NCBI GenBank assembly: GCA_002189035.1
Contig: NEEC01000170.1
Span: forward strand, 1 to 19,823
DNA: 19,823 nt
Direction of reading: 5' to 3'
Source: Utricularia gibba
Taxonomy: Eukaryota > Plantae > Magnoliophyta
In this document: positions 19,306 to 19,823 of the stretch, piece by piece
Layout: the number at the start of each line of letters is the position of its first letter
How positions within the stretch are numbered: the first letter of the stretch is position 1
Position numbers and translations under genes: made by a program
Notes under the pieces: model-generated
Told to the model about the DNA's origin: nothing
Database searches by the model: none
The model's input: only the letters and a program-made list of their open reading frames with translations

Positions 19306-19823
19306 TATGTGAAGAACACCATGCATCTTTGAATCTACTACTATAATAACTCACACATGCAACTTGAAGCCACATTGGGCAACTTGCCCTGTTACTAGAA
19401 CATAATGTTACTGGATACTATGTTTTTCTGGGCATAAATCTGATCTCATGGAGTTCAAAGAAACAATACTGTATCACGATCAAGTACAAAATCAAAATAT
19501 CAAGGCATGGCACATAGAACTGTTGAGGTGACATTGTTACAATTTGCCTTGAAAGATTTGAAGGTCAAGCTGAAGCCAACTCCCACTCTACATTGCGATA
19601 ACATGAATGACTTGCATCTTACTATAAATCCAATATCGGAGTAAGCATGTTGAAATCTACCATCATTTTGTATAGAAGAGAGTAGCATTGGGTTATTTGG
19701 TGACTAGTCACATTCCAACTCACCACCAAATTGTTGATTAATTTACAAAGAGGATCTCCTCACAGCGAATGATATTTATTAGAGTCAAACTTGGCCTCAA
19801 CCCATGGCCTAGTTGGAGAGAGG

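Noticed and set aside
1-19823. CRISPR arrays, rRNA, tRNA, intact transposons, organism identity
   Set aside because: None seen. Gene density and short introns suggest a compact angiosperm genome, but the species cannot be determined from the sequence by eye.

Overview
Compact plant (angiosperm) nuclear DNA with short GT-AG introns and AT-rich intergenic spacers. In order: (1) a two-exon uncharacterised plant gene with a WLPFxPGxSYWVPP motif (+, 101-1308); (2) a MIR169 precursor hairpin (-, 2244-2370) that the ORF track cannot show; (3) a xyloglucan endotransglucosylase/hydrolase XTH (+, 3899-4905); (4) a SAUR auxin-responsive gene (-, 5852-6291); (5) galacturonokinase GALAK (+, 8822-11903, 13 exons); (6) the tri-snRNP splicing factor SART1/Snu66/DOT2 (+, 12947-17422, 12 coding exons); (7) the C-terminal third of a COMT-like O-methyltransferase (-, 18803-19305), plus a short diverged remnant of its 3' end at 17668-17723. 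Most notable: 8117-8623, just upstream of GALAK, is a rearranged copy of the SART1 promoter, 5'UTR exon and intron 2. It fuses the intron-1 donor to the intron-2 acceptor and may give GALAK a borrowed upstream promoter and spliced leader. Five of the six protein-coding genes carry exactly one single-base (-1) frameshift in otherwise clean frames. This most likely reflects consensus errors in the assembly rather than pseudogenisation. All homology calls are from motif recognition by eye; no searches were run.
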